This document shows positions 26,214-37,700 of a DNA stretch of 61,063 nt, one piece after another. Each line of letters opens with the position of its first letter. Position 1 is the first letter of the stretch. A program made the position numbers and the translations under genes. The notes under the pieces are model-generated. The model saw only the letters and a program-made list of their open reading frames with translations. It made no database searches and was not told the origin of the DNA. The DNA is from a virus (lineage: Duplodnaviria; Heunggongvirae; Uroviricota; Caudoviricetes): the IMG/VR virus record IMGVR_UViG_3300005264_000029, positions 64,001 through 125,063 of that record; one strand, given 5' to 3'.

Positions 26214-27182
26214 ATGTTTACCGCCATAGATGACAACCTTGGGAAAATAATTTCTTCAGCAGCTATTTCATTAGATATTAGATATAATAATATTGAAGAC
26301 ATGCAATTTTCAGCAGATCCAAATGAAATCATTAATTATGAAGAAGTATTGAAAAAAAATAATATTAAAAAAATACCTGTATCATATAAAAAAAATCATG
26401 TTCGAAAATATGAAAATGGTAAAAATATAAATGTCACACAACATTTTTTTATTGTTAACGGAAAAAAATTAGGTGTGAAACATATTAATGAATCTATATA
26501 TCATAAAAGAATTAAAAATTTCATATATGGTGAAATGTTAAATGTTGCAAGTAATTTTAAATTCATGTATAGCAACATATCAAATAATAATTTTAATAAA
26601 CAAAATTATATAACAATGAAAACATTATATAACGCGATTAATCTTTTGGATATTAGAACTATTACATCAGGAGATTTATTTGAAGTTAGTATGAAGGATG
26701 TATATAATTGTAAACGTGCCGATATATTATTACCTTTTAAAAAGAAACATGATGTGTTAGGTGAAGGTATCGTTATAGAAGTTCAATTAAGCAAACAAAA
26801 TAATGAAACAACTGATAAGAGAACATTCGATAGAGCAATCAAAGGATATTCTGTATGTTGGGTTGACAGATCGCATTTTGTCGATTATAAATCTGATAAT
26901 CTACAAATTGTTAAACATCCAACATTACATTCATATTTAAGTGTTGTATCTAAATATGCTGATAATGTACAAGCCAAAATTTACTCAGATTTACAAATCA
27001 CTAAAAATAAAATAATTAAAGCTTGTATTGAACAATGTGTTGGGACTGAATGTGCACATTGTAAAGAACATGGAAATTTAGGTATTATGGGATTAACAAA
27101 AACAGGTACATGGCTCGTTTGTTCTAATAAAGGAAAGATGCTTAACAATAATATATGTAATAATATGTTGAGGATTCGATAA
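26214..27182 (+). CDS. CoiA-like PD-(D/E)XK nuclease
   Basis: ESIYHK..K, RADI, IVIEVQLS, GYSVCWV; C-terminal CxxC. Confidence 0.65.
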   Translation: MFTAIDDNLGKIISSAAISLDIRYNNIEDMQFSADPNEIINYEEVLKKNNIKKIPVSYKKNHVRKYENGKNINVTQHFFIVNGKKLGVKHINESIYHKRIKNFIYGEMLNVASNFKFMYSNISNNNFNKQNYITMKTLYNAINLLDIRTITSGDLFEVSMKDVYNCKRADILLPFKKKHDVLGEGIVIEVQLSKQNNETTDKRTFDRAIKGYSVCWVDRSHFVDYKSDNLQIVKHPTLHSYLSVVSKYADNVQAKIYSDLQITKNKIIKACIEQCVGTECAHCKEHGNLGIMGLTKTGTWLVCSNKGKMLNNNICNNMLRIR

Positions 27183-29986
27183 TGGTTATTGTTGAAGCAG
27201 AATATATAAAAGATCACAATGATGATAAGAAAGGGACTATATTCAATATTGCGCTCAATGGCGCGCAGGAATATGTGAAATTTGAAATAGCCAAAATACT
27301 AACACCTAAATACAACAACGAAGAAAACAATAATACAATTATTAAGGTTAAGGTTATTAGAGAATTATATCCTACATTTGATAAGGTGGGTGATATTTTA
27401 GAGATGTCTAAAACTAGAGCCTTATTATTTAAACGAGATGGATTCGTAGAAATAATTGAAGAACCTAAAAAAGTAGAACCTAAAAAAGTAGAACCTAAAA
27501 AAGTAGAAATAATTGAAGAACATAAAAAAGTAGAACATAAAAAAGTAGAACCTAAAAAAGTAGAACCTAAAAAAGAAATAGTGTTTGAAAATCCTGATGA
27601 TGATGGATCAACACTTGTAGAACAGTTAGTACTTAGACGTACTTATAATAAAAAATTCTTAGAAATATTTACATCTGATGACTTAAGAAAGAAAACAAAA
27701 ATACATTCAGAATACATTCCCATTAATAAGGAAAATATATCAAGATTTGCAAAATTCACAGCAAAACATAATATTGACAATTTTGGAGTATTTGTAAATA
27801 TTAATCCATTATCACAAAAGAAAAGACATTCAAATAATATATCTGATATTTGTAATATATTTATAGAGCTTGAACAAGCAACAGAAGATCATAATGAAAT
27901 CGTTAAAACTAATTTGAAAAATATGAATATCACTTATTCATATAATGCTCGAAGTGGTGATAACTATCATTTTATAATACCTGTTGATATGAAAGGTGTT
28001 AATGAATATAAGGTTAAGGGATTTATTAATTATATGAATGCGTACGTTTGTAATAATGTAAATGTGTTAACATATAATAATGAACAACTTATTAGAATTC
28101 AAGATTCTATTAAATTCAAAACCGATAAACAAAGTATTGTTAAAAAGATACATTCACATATTTCTAATAAAAATGAAGCGCAATCAAATAGTGTTTCCGT
28201 ATATAAATATCAATTAGAATACCGAAAGGGTGTAAAGGATAGATATTATTTAGAATCTTTAAAAAGATACGATTCGTTTTTTACAAGTATATTAAATAAA
28301 ACAACTGAATATAAAAAAATACAAACTGAACTCAATAAATATACTAAATTAAAAAAATCTTTTGTTGATAATTTGGCAATATATTCAATTGATGATGAGA
28401 TGCGTGAAAAAAAAGCAAGGTCTTTTCTTACAGGTCTCAATGGTATTAATATAAATTTCTTTAAGAATCAAATATTAACATCTAAAAATAATGGGTATAA
28501 TACAATCAATTATCATAATATATTAGAAGTATCTAAAAAACACAAGGTTGATGAAATAACAAACAAACTTAACAATCAATTACAAAAATCCTTTCTTGAT
28601 GAATATGAAATATATTATCTTGAAGCTGAGAAACCTGAATGTAACCATGTTATATTTTTCCCAGAAAAGAATTATTATATTCAAAAATCGTTTCAAGAAA
28701 TACTTATTAATATAAGTTACCTTGCAAACGATAAGGGTATAACAATGTCTAGAGAATTACACATGGAAGAATATGATGATAAGTGGGACGAGAAATCATA
28801 TAAACAAAAAACAAATGCTACATTTGATCATATGAAATATATCTTCGATGTTGAGAATAGAATAAAAACAATCAATAATATCAACTATGCACCAATAGAT
28901 AATAAATATGTATATAATAATGGTAAGAAATATTTCAATACATATACAAAAACAAAATATTGGGACTATAACAAAACAGCAAAAAAATATCATTTCCCAC
29001 ATATAAAAGATTTATTAATGAATCTTGTTGGAGAAGAAGAAAGACATTATGATTATTTTAATAAATGGATTGGTTGGATAATTCAGAACCCCACAGCTAA
29101 ATTACCGACAGCTGTTATTTTTCAAGGAAAACCTGGTAGTGGTAAAGGCACATTTAAATCCCATATACTTGATAGTATATTTGGAGAGAACTGTCAAGAA
29201 ATAAATCAAACACATTTAGAGAGTACCTTTAATGAATATCTTATGGGTAAACAAATAATTGTTGCTAACGAAGTTATGCATAATGAGAACAGACAAACAT
29301 TACCTAACGTACTTAAAAACTTAGTTACTGATCCAGACATAACTATAAGTAGAAAGTTTAGAAAGGAAATAGTATGCAAAAATTATACACATTGGATCTT
29401 CTGTACAAATTCAGATAACCCTTTAAAAATTGAAGAAGATGATAGACGGTATAATGTTTTCTATTCTGAGAAATTAAAAGGTGGTGGTAAAGCAGCAGCA
29501 GAATTTGTACAAGAATTACAAATTAATTTAGATTATGAATTAAAAGAATATATAAGTTACCTAAAAAGTTTAGAAATATATTATCATGAAGTTCATACAC
29601 CAATACACACAGATGCTAAAGACGAAATCGTTGAACTTAATAAAAATAGTATAGATAAGTTCAACGATTTCATCGGACAATTTAAATTGTTTGATGAAAT
29701 GGTTACAAGCTTAACAATAGTTGATAATAAATATGAGACATTTAAACCTTCATCCGATGATAATTATTATATCTCATCAGACAATTTTTATGTTCTGTAT
29801 TGTGATTGGTGTGAATCATATAAAGAACGTGGGGTTTTTTCCAAACAAAACTTCACCAAAAATATATCTAAATATAATTGTAAGTCCTCACCTAAATGGA
29901 AAACCGGATCTGGTGCTATAAGATGTTATAAAATAAAAGACATTGAAACAATAATGAAAACTATTGCCGATAAAAATAAAAGATGA
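27182..29986 (+). CDS. primase-helicase: degenerate primase-like domain + SF3 (D5/DUF5906-type) helicase
   Basis: QGKPGSGKGT, IVANEV, WIFCTN, EEDDRRY; degenerate IFIELE/SGDNYH/LIRIQDS. Confidence 0.85.
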   Translation: MVIVEAEYIKDHNDDKKGTIFNIALNGAQEYVKFEIAKILTPKYNNEENNNTIIKVKVIRELYPTFDKVGDILEMSKTRALLFKRDGFVEIIEEPKKVEPKKVEPKKVEIIEEHKKVEHKKVEPKKVEPKKEIVFENPDDDGSTLVEQLVLRRTYNKKFLEIFTSDDLRKKTKIHSEYIPINKENISRFAKFTAKHNIDNFGVFVNINPLSQKKRHSNNISDICNIFIELEQATEDHNEIVKTNLKNMNITYSYNARSGDNYHFIIPVDMKGVNEYKVKGFINYMNAYVCNNVNVLTYNNEQLIRIQDSIKFKTDKQSIVKKIHSHISNKNEAQSNSVSVYKYQLEYRKGVKDRYYLESLKRYDSFFTSILNKTTEYKKIQTELNKYTKLKKSFVDNLAIYSIDDEMREKKARSFLTGLNGININFFKNQILTSKNNGYNTINYHNILEVSKKHKVDEITNKLNNQLQKSFLDEYEIYYLEAEKPECNHVIFFPEKNYYIQKSFQEILINISYLANDKGITMSRELHMEEYDDKWDEKSYKQKTNATFDHMKYIFDVENRIKTINNINYAPIDNKYVYNNGKKYFNTYTKTKYWDYNKTAKKYHFPHIKDLLMNLVGEEERHYDYFNKWIGWIIQNPTAKLPTAVIFQGKPGSGKGTFKSHILDSIFGENCQEINQTHLESTFNEYLMGKQIIVANEVMHNENRQTLPNVLKNLVTDPDITISRKFRKEIVCKNYTHWIFCTNSDNPLKIEEDDRRYNVFYSEKLKGGGKAAAEFVQELQINLDYELKEYISYLKSLEIYYHEVHTPIHTDAKDEIVELNKNSIDKFNDFIGQFKLFDEMVTSLTIVDNKYETFKPSSDDNYYISSDNFYVLYCDWCESYKERGVFSKQNFTKNISKYNCKSSPKWKTGSGAIRCYKIKDIETIMKTIADKNKR
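27460..27575 (+). repeat. 15-bp coding repeat (P/H)KKVE
   Basis: gaacctaaaaaagta repeated; protein EEPKKVEPKKVEPKKVE..HKKVEHKKVEPKKVEPKK. Confidence 0.9.
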
Positions 29987-31032
29987 ATCAATCTAAAATT
30001 TTTTTCGATAGAATAACAGCAAGTAAAGGAAGAGGATATCATTGTTTAAATACTGTTACTAATGGATTCTTTTCAAAAAATACATTTGTTAAAAAATTTG
30101 ATAAGTTTGAGAAATATATAAATTCAAACAAACATCAGAATTGCTATATTAATTATATGCCTCTTAGATTTGACACATCACGTAAAACTGATAATGTACA
30201 TAAAATAAATGTTGTAGCCCTAGATATAGAATTAGTAAATAAGTCTAGACCTGAGACAGAAATTAATATATCTATAATGAAATCATATATAAATTTATTT
30301 TTAGAGAAGAGAAAAATAAGAGATTATATGCTTGTAAATTCCGGGAATGGATATCACTTATATATTTTTTTTAAAAGAGCAAAACCATTAAATGAAACCA
30401 TTTTAGATAAACATAAAATGGCATATAAAAATTTAGTTAAACATATTTCAAATGATATATCAAATATATCTGAGGGATTCCTTAATTCAGATGACAGAAA
30501 AGATTTAGCGGGGATACTTAGAATACCTGGTACAACAAATACGAAAGCTGGCAGAACAGTAACACTTGAGGAAAATATGTGTAAGGGTAATAATGACCAT
30601 ATTTCAAAAATATTTAATAGTTATTTATCTAAAGCTAAGAAGCAATTATTATTTTCAGCTAAATATGTAATTAAACAAAGTAAAAATATTAATCAGAATG
30701 GACTTCCTAAAGATATTCCTACATTACTTAAGTCACCGTTAATGAGAATGCGTATGGATAAAGATCTTCCAGCACCAAAAGAAAATCTTTGGCATAGTAC
30801 AGTGGTGTTTGCACTCCAAGCATTAATATATCATTCAGGTTTTTCCAATCATCCAGATATGCCAGCAATTTCAAATGAGTATAATCAAATTTGTAATTGC
30901 TCAGTAGATTTAGGAAGTTGTTCTTATACAAAAGATTTAGCAATGCCAATATTTGCAGCACTTAAATTTTGTAAAAGTAATAACTATGATGCTTACACTA
31001 AAGAAATAAAAGAATTATATCTTAACCAATAG
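29983..31032 (+). CDS. AEP-superfamily (RepB-like) primase
   Basis: VALDIE, NSGNGYHLY, AGILRIPGTTN. Confidence 0.8.
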   Translation: MNQSKIFFDRITASKGRGYHCLNTVTNGFFSKNTFVKKFDKFEKYINSNKHQNCYINYMPLRFDTSRKTDNVHKINVVALDIELVNKSRPETEINISIMKSYINLFLEKRKIRDYMLVNSGNGYHLYIFFKRAKPLNETILDKHKMAYKNLVKHISNDISNISEGFLNSDDRKDLAGILRIPGTTNTKAGRTVTLEENMCKGNNDHISKIFNSYLSKAKKQLLFSAKYVIKQSKNINQNGLPKDIPTLLKSPLMRMRMDKDLPAPKENLWHSTVVFALQALIYHSGFSNHPDMPAISNEYNQICNCSVDLGSCSYTKDLAMPIFAALKFCKSNNYDAYTKEIKELYLNQ

Positions 31033-31065
31033 GTTTATAAAGCATTAACTGTTTATAATATTAAG

Positions 31066-31380
31066 ATGGTAAGGTGTCCGCAATGCGATGGGAAAACAAC
31101 AGTTAGAGATTCAAGATATAAAACATTAAACAATAGTATATTTCGAAGAAGAGAGTGTTTGAAATGTTTTAATAGATTTAATACTGATGAGATAGTTCCT
31201 GATGAAAAGGATAAAAATTCATTAATAGAAATGAAAATTGAAATAATCGATTTAAAAGAAAGAATAGAAAACATTAATGCTGAAAATAAAAATATGGTTG
31301 AGGAATTAAAACAATATAAGTTTAATACACCAATAGTATTTGAAAGACCTAAATTAAGAGGTAGAAGGAATGTCGAATAA
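31066..31380 (+). CDS. NrdR-like Zn-ribbon protein with coiled-coil tail (no ATP cone)
   Basis: CPQC...VRDSR...RRRECLKC..RF.T.E. Confidence 0.75.
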   Translation: MVRCPQCDGKTTVRDSRYKTLNNSIFRRRECLKCFNRFNTDEIVPDEKDKNSLIEMKIEIIDLKERIENINAENKNMVEELKQYKFNTPIVFERPKLRGRRNVE

Positions 31381-31453
31381 ACAATTTTTCTAAGTAATAA
31401 ATACTTAAGTTTATAAACTAATAACTATTTATATATAATATATGGTTGATAAA

Positions 31454-31697
31454 GTCAATCACCCATTATAAATAATGGGCTCGAGAAGTGATTCTTGAGA
31501 GTAATTAGTTGATTAGAGAGTTGATTAAACAACAGAAGTTAGGAAAGAGAAATACATACACACCCTGTGATGCTTCACAAGTCCCCTGCTCTGTGACCAA
31601 GTCTTTAAACAAAGAGGAAACTCTTAGTGAGCTAGGTTTAAAAACCTTTCCTAACAATCTCGATGTGAACCTACGGTCCAGTATGACTGAACGAAAC
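31454..31697 (+). ncRNA. HEARO / IscB-type omegaRNA scaffold followed by only the first about 8 codons of an IscB-like gene
   Basis: GTCAATCACCC..GGGCT 5' hairpin, GTTGATTAG, ACACACCC..GATGCTTCACAAGT..GCTCTGTG, TAAACA, AAACC..TAACAATCTCGATGTGAACC, then ATG AGT GTA TTC GTT GTT AAC (MSVFVVN). Confidence 0.75.
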
Positions 31698-31791
31698 ATG
31701 AGTGTATTCGTTGTTAACTTACAAAACACAATCATAAAATTATATACCTCAATCGAAGAGAACAATATGTTCAAATAACAACAATATAAAA

Positions 31792-31986
31792 ATGGAATTA
31801 AAAGACAAAATGAAAACTATTGGTATTAAAGCCAGCATTAAGGATGACAAATTAATTGACATCAGAGCTAAACAACAAGGATTATCTAAATCTGAATTGT
31901 ATAGAAAAATAATCGATGATTATTTTAAAGCAAAACCGCTATCAGATGCTGAGAAGGCATTAATTAATATGATGCCAAATGATTGA
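31792..31986 (+). CDS. ribbon-helix-helix (CopG-like) regulator
   Basis: KTIGIKAS...AKQQGLSKSELYRKIIDDYF. Confidence 0.75.
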   Translation: MELKDKMKTIGIKASIKDDKLIDIRAKQQGLSKSELYRKIIDDYFKAKPLSDAEKALINMMPND

Positions 31987-33016
31987 TTCTAATCTAGAAT
32001 TGAATCTTACTAGAATATACTCATGGATATTTTTGATTGCTGCATTGGTGATATCTGTAATTGTTGCATACAAAGATAATGTGCCAGAATTACACGTTAC
32101 TACAGCAGCAATAATTGTAACTATGACTTTGATTTTTGGAATACATTTACATTTGAAGTTTTTAGCATTATCTCAGAAATAAAATAAAATGATTGATATA
32201 TCAACAATTTTATTTTTTATAGCGTTTCTTATTTTTGTATTTATTATAGTTGCTTCTAGGTGTACTGTAGGATTTTGTCCGAGTGCAAATCAAGGTGTAA
32301 TTATGAGGGAGTAGTTCACAATAATGCTTACAGTAGGAATATATAAAGTAGTTAATGAGGAAATAAAATTCAATAATATTATTGAATTTCCTGATGGAAC
32401 TACTATGACTGAGGAAACAACACGTGAACATTTAACATGTTTAGATGGTGTCTATAATACAATGTATTATTATAATCAAACGCAACATATTCCAATGAAC
32501 CAATCTATTCATTTGAAACTATCAGAGTTGTGTTACAATATTATTTATAATCATTATACGTTTGGAGATCAAATAGAATACATAAAAAATATTACAAAAT
32601 GAAAAAAATATTAATATTAGGATTATTATTAGTGACATTATTTATTGGATGTGCTAATACAGAAGAAGAAAAAAGTTCCCCATATGTAGAAGAAGAATGT
32701 AAAGATATGGATGGAGAGAGAGATTTATGTTATGCAACATGTGGTCCTAAGGATTATGATTGTGTAGATACATGTGATTCACAATTTAATAATATTACTG
32801 ACAGTTCAGGAAATTATTGTCAATAAAATGAAGTTATGTATAATAGGATCGGGAATAGGAATGGTTTTATTAGTTTGTATAACATTAATAAGAAATGAAT
32901 TGAATGTAATCATAAATGAAGAATTATTCATGATTACATTCACGGGGTTTTTATTTTTATTTTTATTTTCAATAATATTATGGTTAAACGACACATTCAC
33001 ATCTGATAGATTATAG
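31979..33016 (+). other. short membrane/secreted ORFs (31979-32182, 32324-32602, 32599-32826 Cys-rich lipoprotein-like, about 32826-33016)
   Basis: ORF track; TM segments; LFIG/C lipobox in 32599. Confidence 0.6.
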
Positions 33017-33215
33017 AGTTATATTATATCATCAAAACAAATATGTAAATAGAAAAAAAACTTATGTAAAATGATATCCTTATAAAATCAGTGTAATACG
33101 AAAAAACACATTACTTGGTCTCAATAAATGTTTCTACGAAACATTTATAAAGGTTTAATCATTTATACTTTATAGGTTGAAACATCTAACCTACCGAAAT
33201 ACCGAAATAACAAAA

Positions 33216-33815
33216 ATGGGAAATATCTTTAATGAAATCGCTGGACAATCAGATGTCCAAACAAGTGAAACTACAGCTCCAGTAGCTGATAATAATTCTA
33301 CAGAACAACAACCTGTATCAGATGAAATTAATTTTGATAATTTATCTAATGTGGCTGTTGGACAGCAAAAGAAATATGTTAGACCAGATCTTGGTGGAAA
33401 AACCGTAAAGATCAAATCAGCTAAATTATTTAATGCTAATAAAGAAACCGATGAACTTATTACTGGAATGACTAATAAAGAAACTAAATATTATAAGACA
33501 TCATTTCTAGTAACATTTGATACACAAAATGCCGATGGTGTTGATGATAGAGAATATATGAGTGGAGTAATCCAATACTTACAAAAAGATGGATCTATCT
33601 CAGCTCCTAATATTTGGTATGAAGGATCAAGATCTCAAGCATCAGCCCTTTGGGTTGCAGTAGCTAAAGTAAAAGGTGTGGAACCAAAAGAATTATCACC
33701 TAGAGCGTTCATGAATTATTTGAATTCAGAACCATCAGCAAAAATTGAAAATGTAGAAATTGATTTTCAAGGTAAAATCACAAAGAAAAATGTGGTTAAA
33801 GAGTTTATTAAATAA
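33216..33815 (+). CDS. hypothetical protein, possibly ssDNA-binding; probable start ATG 33216
   Basis: acidic/low-complexity N-terminus, beta-rich core, placed before the nuclease-helicase; function is a guess. Confidence 0.5.
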   Translation: MGNIFNEIAGQSDVQTSETTAPVADNNSTEQQPVSDEINFDNLSNVAVGQQKKYVRPDLGGKTVKIKSAKLFNANKETDELITGMTNKETKYYKTSFLVTFDTQNADGVDDREYMSGVIQYLQKDGSISAPNIWYEGSRSQASALWVAVAKVKGVEPKELSPRAFMNYLNSEPSAKIENVEIDFQGKITKKNVVKEFIK

Positions 33816-33892
33816 ACTTCATTTATTTTAAAATGGAATTATATTATATATCGATTATAGGATGAAAAATACAAATAAATTATTAGGATAAA

Positions 33893-34138
33893 ATGGAATT
33901 AGATATATCAGATATTTTTTATGCTACGATGATTGTTTTTGCGTGTTCGATGGTATTTTTTATATTATTGTTGGTTGATGAAAAAACAGATACAAACAAT
34001 AAACTTATTAATATACAAGATGACGATGATTTTTGTGAAAATCAAAGAGAATATTTATTTACTTGTGAGGAATCATATACAAAATCTTCTTGTTTAGATG
34101 ACTTAAATTACGAACGAATAAAGATAGGGTGTAAGTAA
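33893..34138 (+). CDS. TM + four-Cys ectodomain protein (paralogue 1)
   Basis: DDFC...C.E...SC...C. Confidence 0.6.
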   Translation: MELDISDIFYATMIVFACSMVFFILLLVDEKTDTNNKLINIQDDDDFCENQREYLFTCEESYTKSSCLDDLNYERIKIGCK

Positions 34139-34432
34139 ATGGAATTATATTATATATCGATTATAGGAGTTATATTACTTATAGCATTTTTTACTTATAT
34201 TTTTAAAACTGATAAATATCCGAGCACAAGTACAGTTTTTATTATTACTACTATTTGTACACTCTTAATGATTGTACCGCTAGTTATAAATGAAAATAAT
34301 AATTCAAAGGTATTAAATGATATAGATTTTTGTCAAGATAAACAGGAATGGATAGAATACTGTCAAGAAGTTCGTTCTGATGAAAGCTGCGCTACTAAAA
34401 TAATTTTAGAACAAGCTAAATGTGAATCATGA
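34139..34432 (+). CDS. TM + four-Cys ectodomain protein (paralogue 2)
   Basis: IDFC...C.E...SC...C. Confidence 0.6.
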   Translation: MELYYISIIGVILLIAFFTYIFKTDKYPSTSTVFIITTICTLLMIVPLVINENNNSKVLNDIDFCQDKQEWIEYCQEVRSDESCATKIILEQAKCES

Positions 34433-34730
34433 TAAAACTAAGTAGATCAGATATATGTATAATATTAGGATTATTTATTATATTAATATATGCTTGTCTA
34501 TATATTTTTAGTGAATTCTGGATGGTTATGTAATATGAAAGAAGAGAAAAATATTCAAATAAAAACTAGGAATTGGATTAAGGGTCATTACTATATGGGG
34601 TTATTTTATGGATTAATGTTTGGAGTATTAATAGGATTATCTCTTATGGTTGAACCTATTGCTGCATTAATAATAAGTATATTATTTATGTTTGTTAAAG
34701 ATGAAATAGAAGAATTGGAGTTTAGAAAAA

Positions 34731-37700
34731 ATGCTTAAATTAAGTTTCTCACAAATAAAATTATATAAAAGTTATCCTCTGGATTATTTTTATAGATATG
34801 TACAAAGGCTTCCTGAAAAAGATACTGAAACAAAGTGGTGCGACTTTGGACTTGGTGTACATGAAGTATTAGAGGATTATTATTCTGGAAAAAATAACGA
34901 TTATAGATCTAATACTATTAAAGCATATGACAAGTATAAGTTAAAAGGAAGAATGAAGTTAGAGGACTTCAAGAAAAATATTCTAAATGGTATAAAACTT
35001 GCATGGAAGACAACAGATCTAGAAGAAGAAATGTTTGTCGATGTATATGATGATGTTGGGTTTGTTGGATACATAGATGTACTCGATAAAGAAAAACATA
35101 CTATCCTTGATTGGAAAACTGGAACATACACAAAGGATAAAGAAGATGATTATAAATCTCAATTATTATGTTACGCTTGGATGTATCATAGGAAATATAA
35201 TATTGTACCTAGTGAGTGTTGTTTGTATTTTACAAAACAATCAAAGCTTATTCCATTTACATTTACACTTGAACAAATTAATCAGTTTGAGAACTATGTA
35301 AAAAAGATTGCGCAGGAAATTAAGTACAAGAGAATTAATCATACGAAAGCAGAGCAGTGGGGACATGAATTAGGATTCTTTTCTGGTTATCATTACTTGG
35401 AGAACCTTCCGACATTAAAGTTCCTAATAGAGATCAGAAACAGCTTCTGTTATTTGGGGGGATCTACATCGCCTTTATTATTACAAGGCTTGAAAAAGAA
35501 TTTCGCTGTAGACCACCAATCAAAATTCTTTATGCAAAAGAAAGTACTTGAGCGATATGGTAAAACAAAATTCTATGATGACATAGGTACAGTATATTTA
35601 TTTAATGAACGTCAGAAAAAATTCCCACTTGGAATGCTTAATGATGTAAAACAACAGTTAAAGGAATATGCAGAATATAAGAATTCAAAACATGAAGTAA
35701 CAGTTGTTGATCTAAGGGATAAAAAGATTCTTAATAAAAAATTAGGAATTATGCCAAACAAATTACAAGGTGGAATAGTTCTTCGTGATTATCAATTGAA
35801 TGCAGTATATGCATTTATAGTTAATCAAGGAATAGGAACGCTTGAGATTGGTACAGGTGGAGGTAAAAGTTTTCTGACAGCTGAAGTAATTAGAAGATTA
35901 GATACTCCAACATTATGGATTATTAATCAGAAAGAATTATTATATCAAACAAAAGAAGCATTTGAAAAATCACTTGGAATCCCTATTGGAGTTATTGGTG
36001 ATTCAAAAATAGATTTTCAAAATGTAACAGTTGCTACAGTTCAAACACTTGCAAAAAAAGTAAAGGATATGAATAGTGAAATGCTTGCATATCTTGCAGG
36101 AATTAATTTAGTAGTGATAGATGAGTGTTTATATGGAAATACAAAAATTCGTATGGGTGATGGTACTGAAAAAACTATTAAAGAAATATATGAATGTAAA
36201 GAAGAACAATATGTAATGTCATATAATGAAGATAAACAAATATTCGAAAGTAAAAAAGTTATTCGTAAAATGAAAAATAGTATGAATGATAAATGGCATA
36301 GTTTTAAAGTTAAAGACGAACTTGGAGACGAACATAAAATAATAGTTACAGATAATCATAAAATATGGACATCTGACGGATATAAGCAAGTAAAAGATTT
36401 AAATAGTAATGATATACTAAAGGTTTATTTAGAACCTATAAAATTTAAATGTAAATATTGTGATAAATTTTTTACTGGTAAACCATATAGTAAACATATA
36501 TTAATTCATAAAAACCCAGAAGCATGTTCTAATGGTGGAAAGGCTGCAACAAAAATATTAAAAGAAAAATTAAAAAATAAAAAATTTCATAAAAAATATT
36601 GTGCCAGTATAAAAAAAGGAATTTCTGTAGCTCAAAAAAGTGAGCATTATTGGGAAGCATATAAAAAAATGGGAGAGGGACGTAGAGGTAAAAATAATCC
36701 AATTTTTAATAGTCCTGAAACAATACTAAATATGATTAAAACAAAACAAAAACAATTTGCAGCAAAAACATTTGATGAACAACAAAAACAAATAAAAAGA
36801 TTTATGAATTCACCTGGTGGACAATGTAAAGGACCTACAAAATGTGAGAAAATTATCATGGATATGAAGATTGATAATCTAGAATATACAGGTAACGGAA
36901 GGAAAATTTATAAATTTAATAATTGGAAAGGTGATGTAAAGAAAAGAAAATTTAAAGTTCCTGATTTTAAAGTTAAAAATGAAGAAAAAGTAATAGAAGT
37001 TGGAGATTTTGAATACTGGCATAATAAAAAAGAAACAAATGAAGTTATAAAAAATTATGAAAATATAGGAGTTAAATGTTTGTATTTAGATGAAAAAGAA
37101 ATATTTAACGATTATGAATTATCGAAAAAAAAAATAGAGAAATTCTGTTATAATCATACTGCAAGATTAATTAAGAAGCAAAAACAAAATGGATTTATAG
37201 ATAAAGAAATAGCTAAATATAAATATAATATAGAAGTTGAAGATAATCATAATTATATAGCAAATAAGATATTAGTATCAAATTGTCATAATTCTTCATG
37301 TACTACATATGAAGAAGTATTTAAAGCATTATCAAATACTAAGTATAGATTAGGAACTACTGCAACAGCTTTTCGTGAAGACAAACAAGAACGAAGAATG
37401 TATGCACTTACTGGATCTATAGTATGTAAAATAGATTCTGAAGAATTAATTAAAAAAGGATTTCTTATGAAACCCATAATTAAGTTTTTTAAGGTTAAAG
37501 AATCTAATGTTACTAAAATTAACTATGCATTACTATCTACTGAAGAAAGACATTCAGCAAAGGATAGTGAATATGCTAGAGAATATGAAGAAGGTATAGT
37601 ATATAATCCTGAGAGGAATGAATTCATAAAAGAGTTTGTTGGAAAGGAAGTTAATTCAAAGATATTAATAATTGTTAAATCTATTGAACATGGAGAATTA

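Noticed and set aside
31505-31778. 89-aa ORFs on both strands
   Set aside because: Coincide with the omegaRNA scaffold; only the final MSVFVVN codons look like a real (truncated) gene start
34731-35400. CRISPR adaptation Cas4
   Set aside because: No cas1/cas2 or array; fused to a helicase and lacks the Fe-S cysteines
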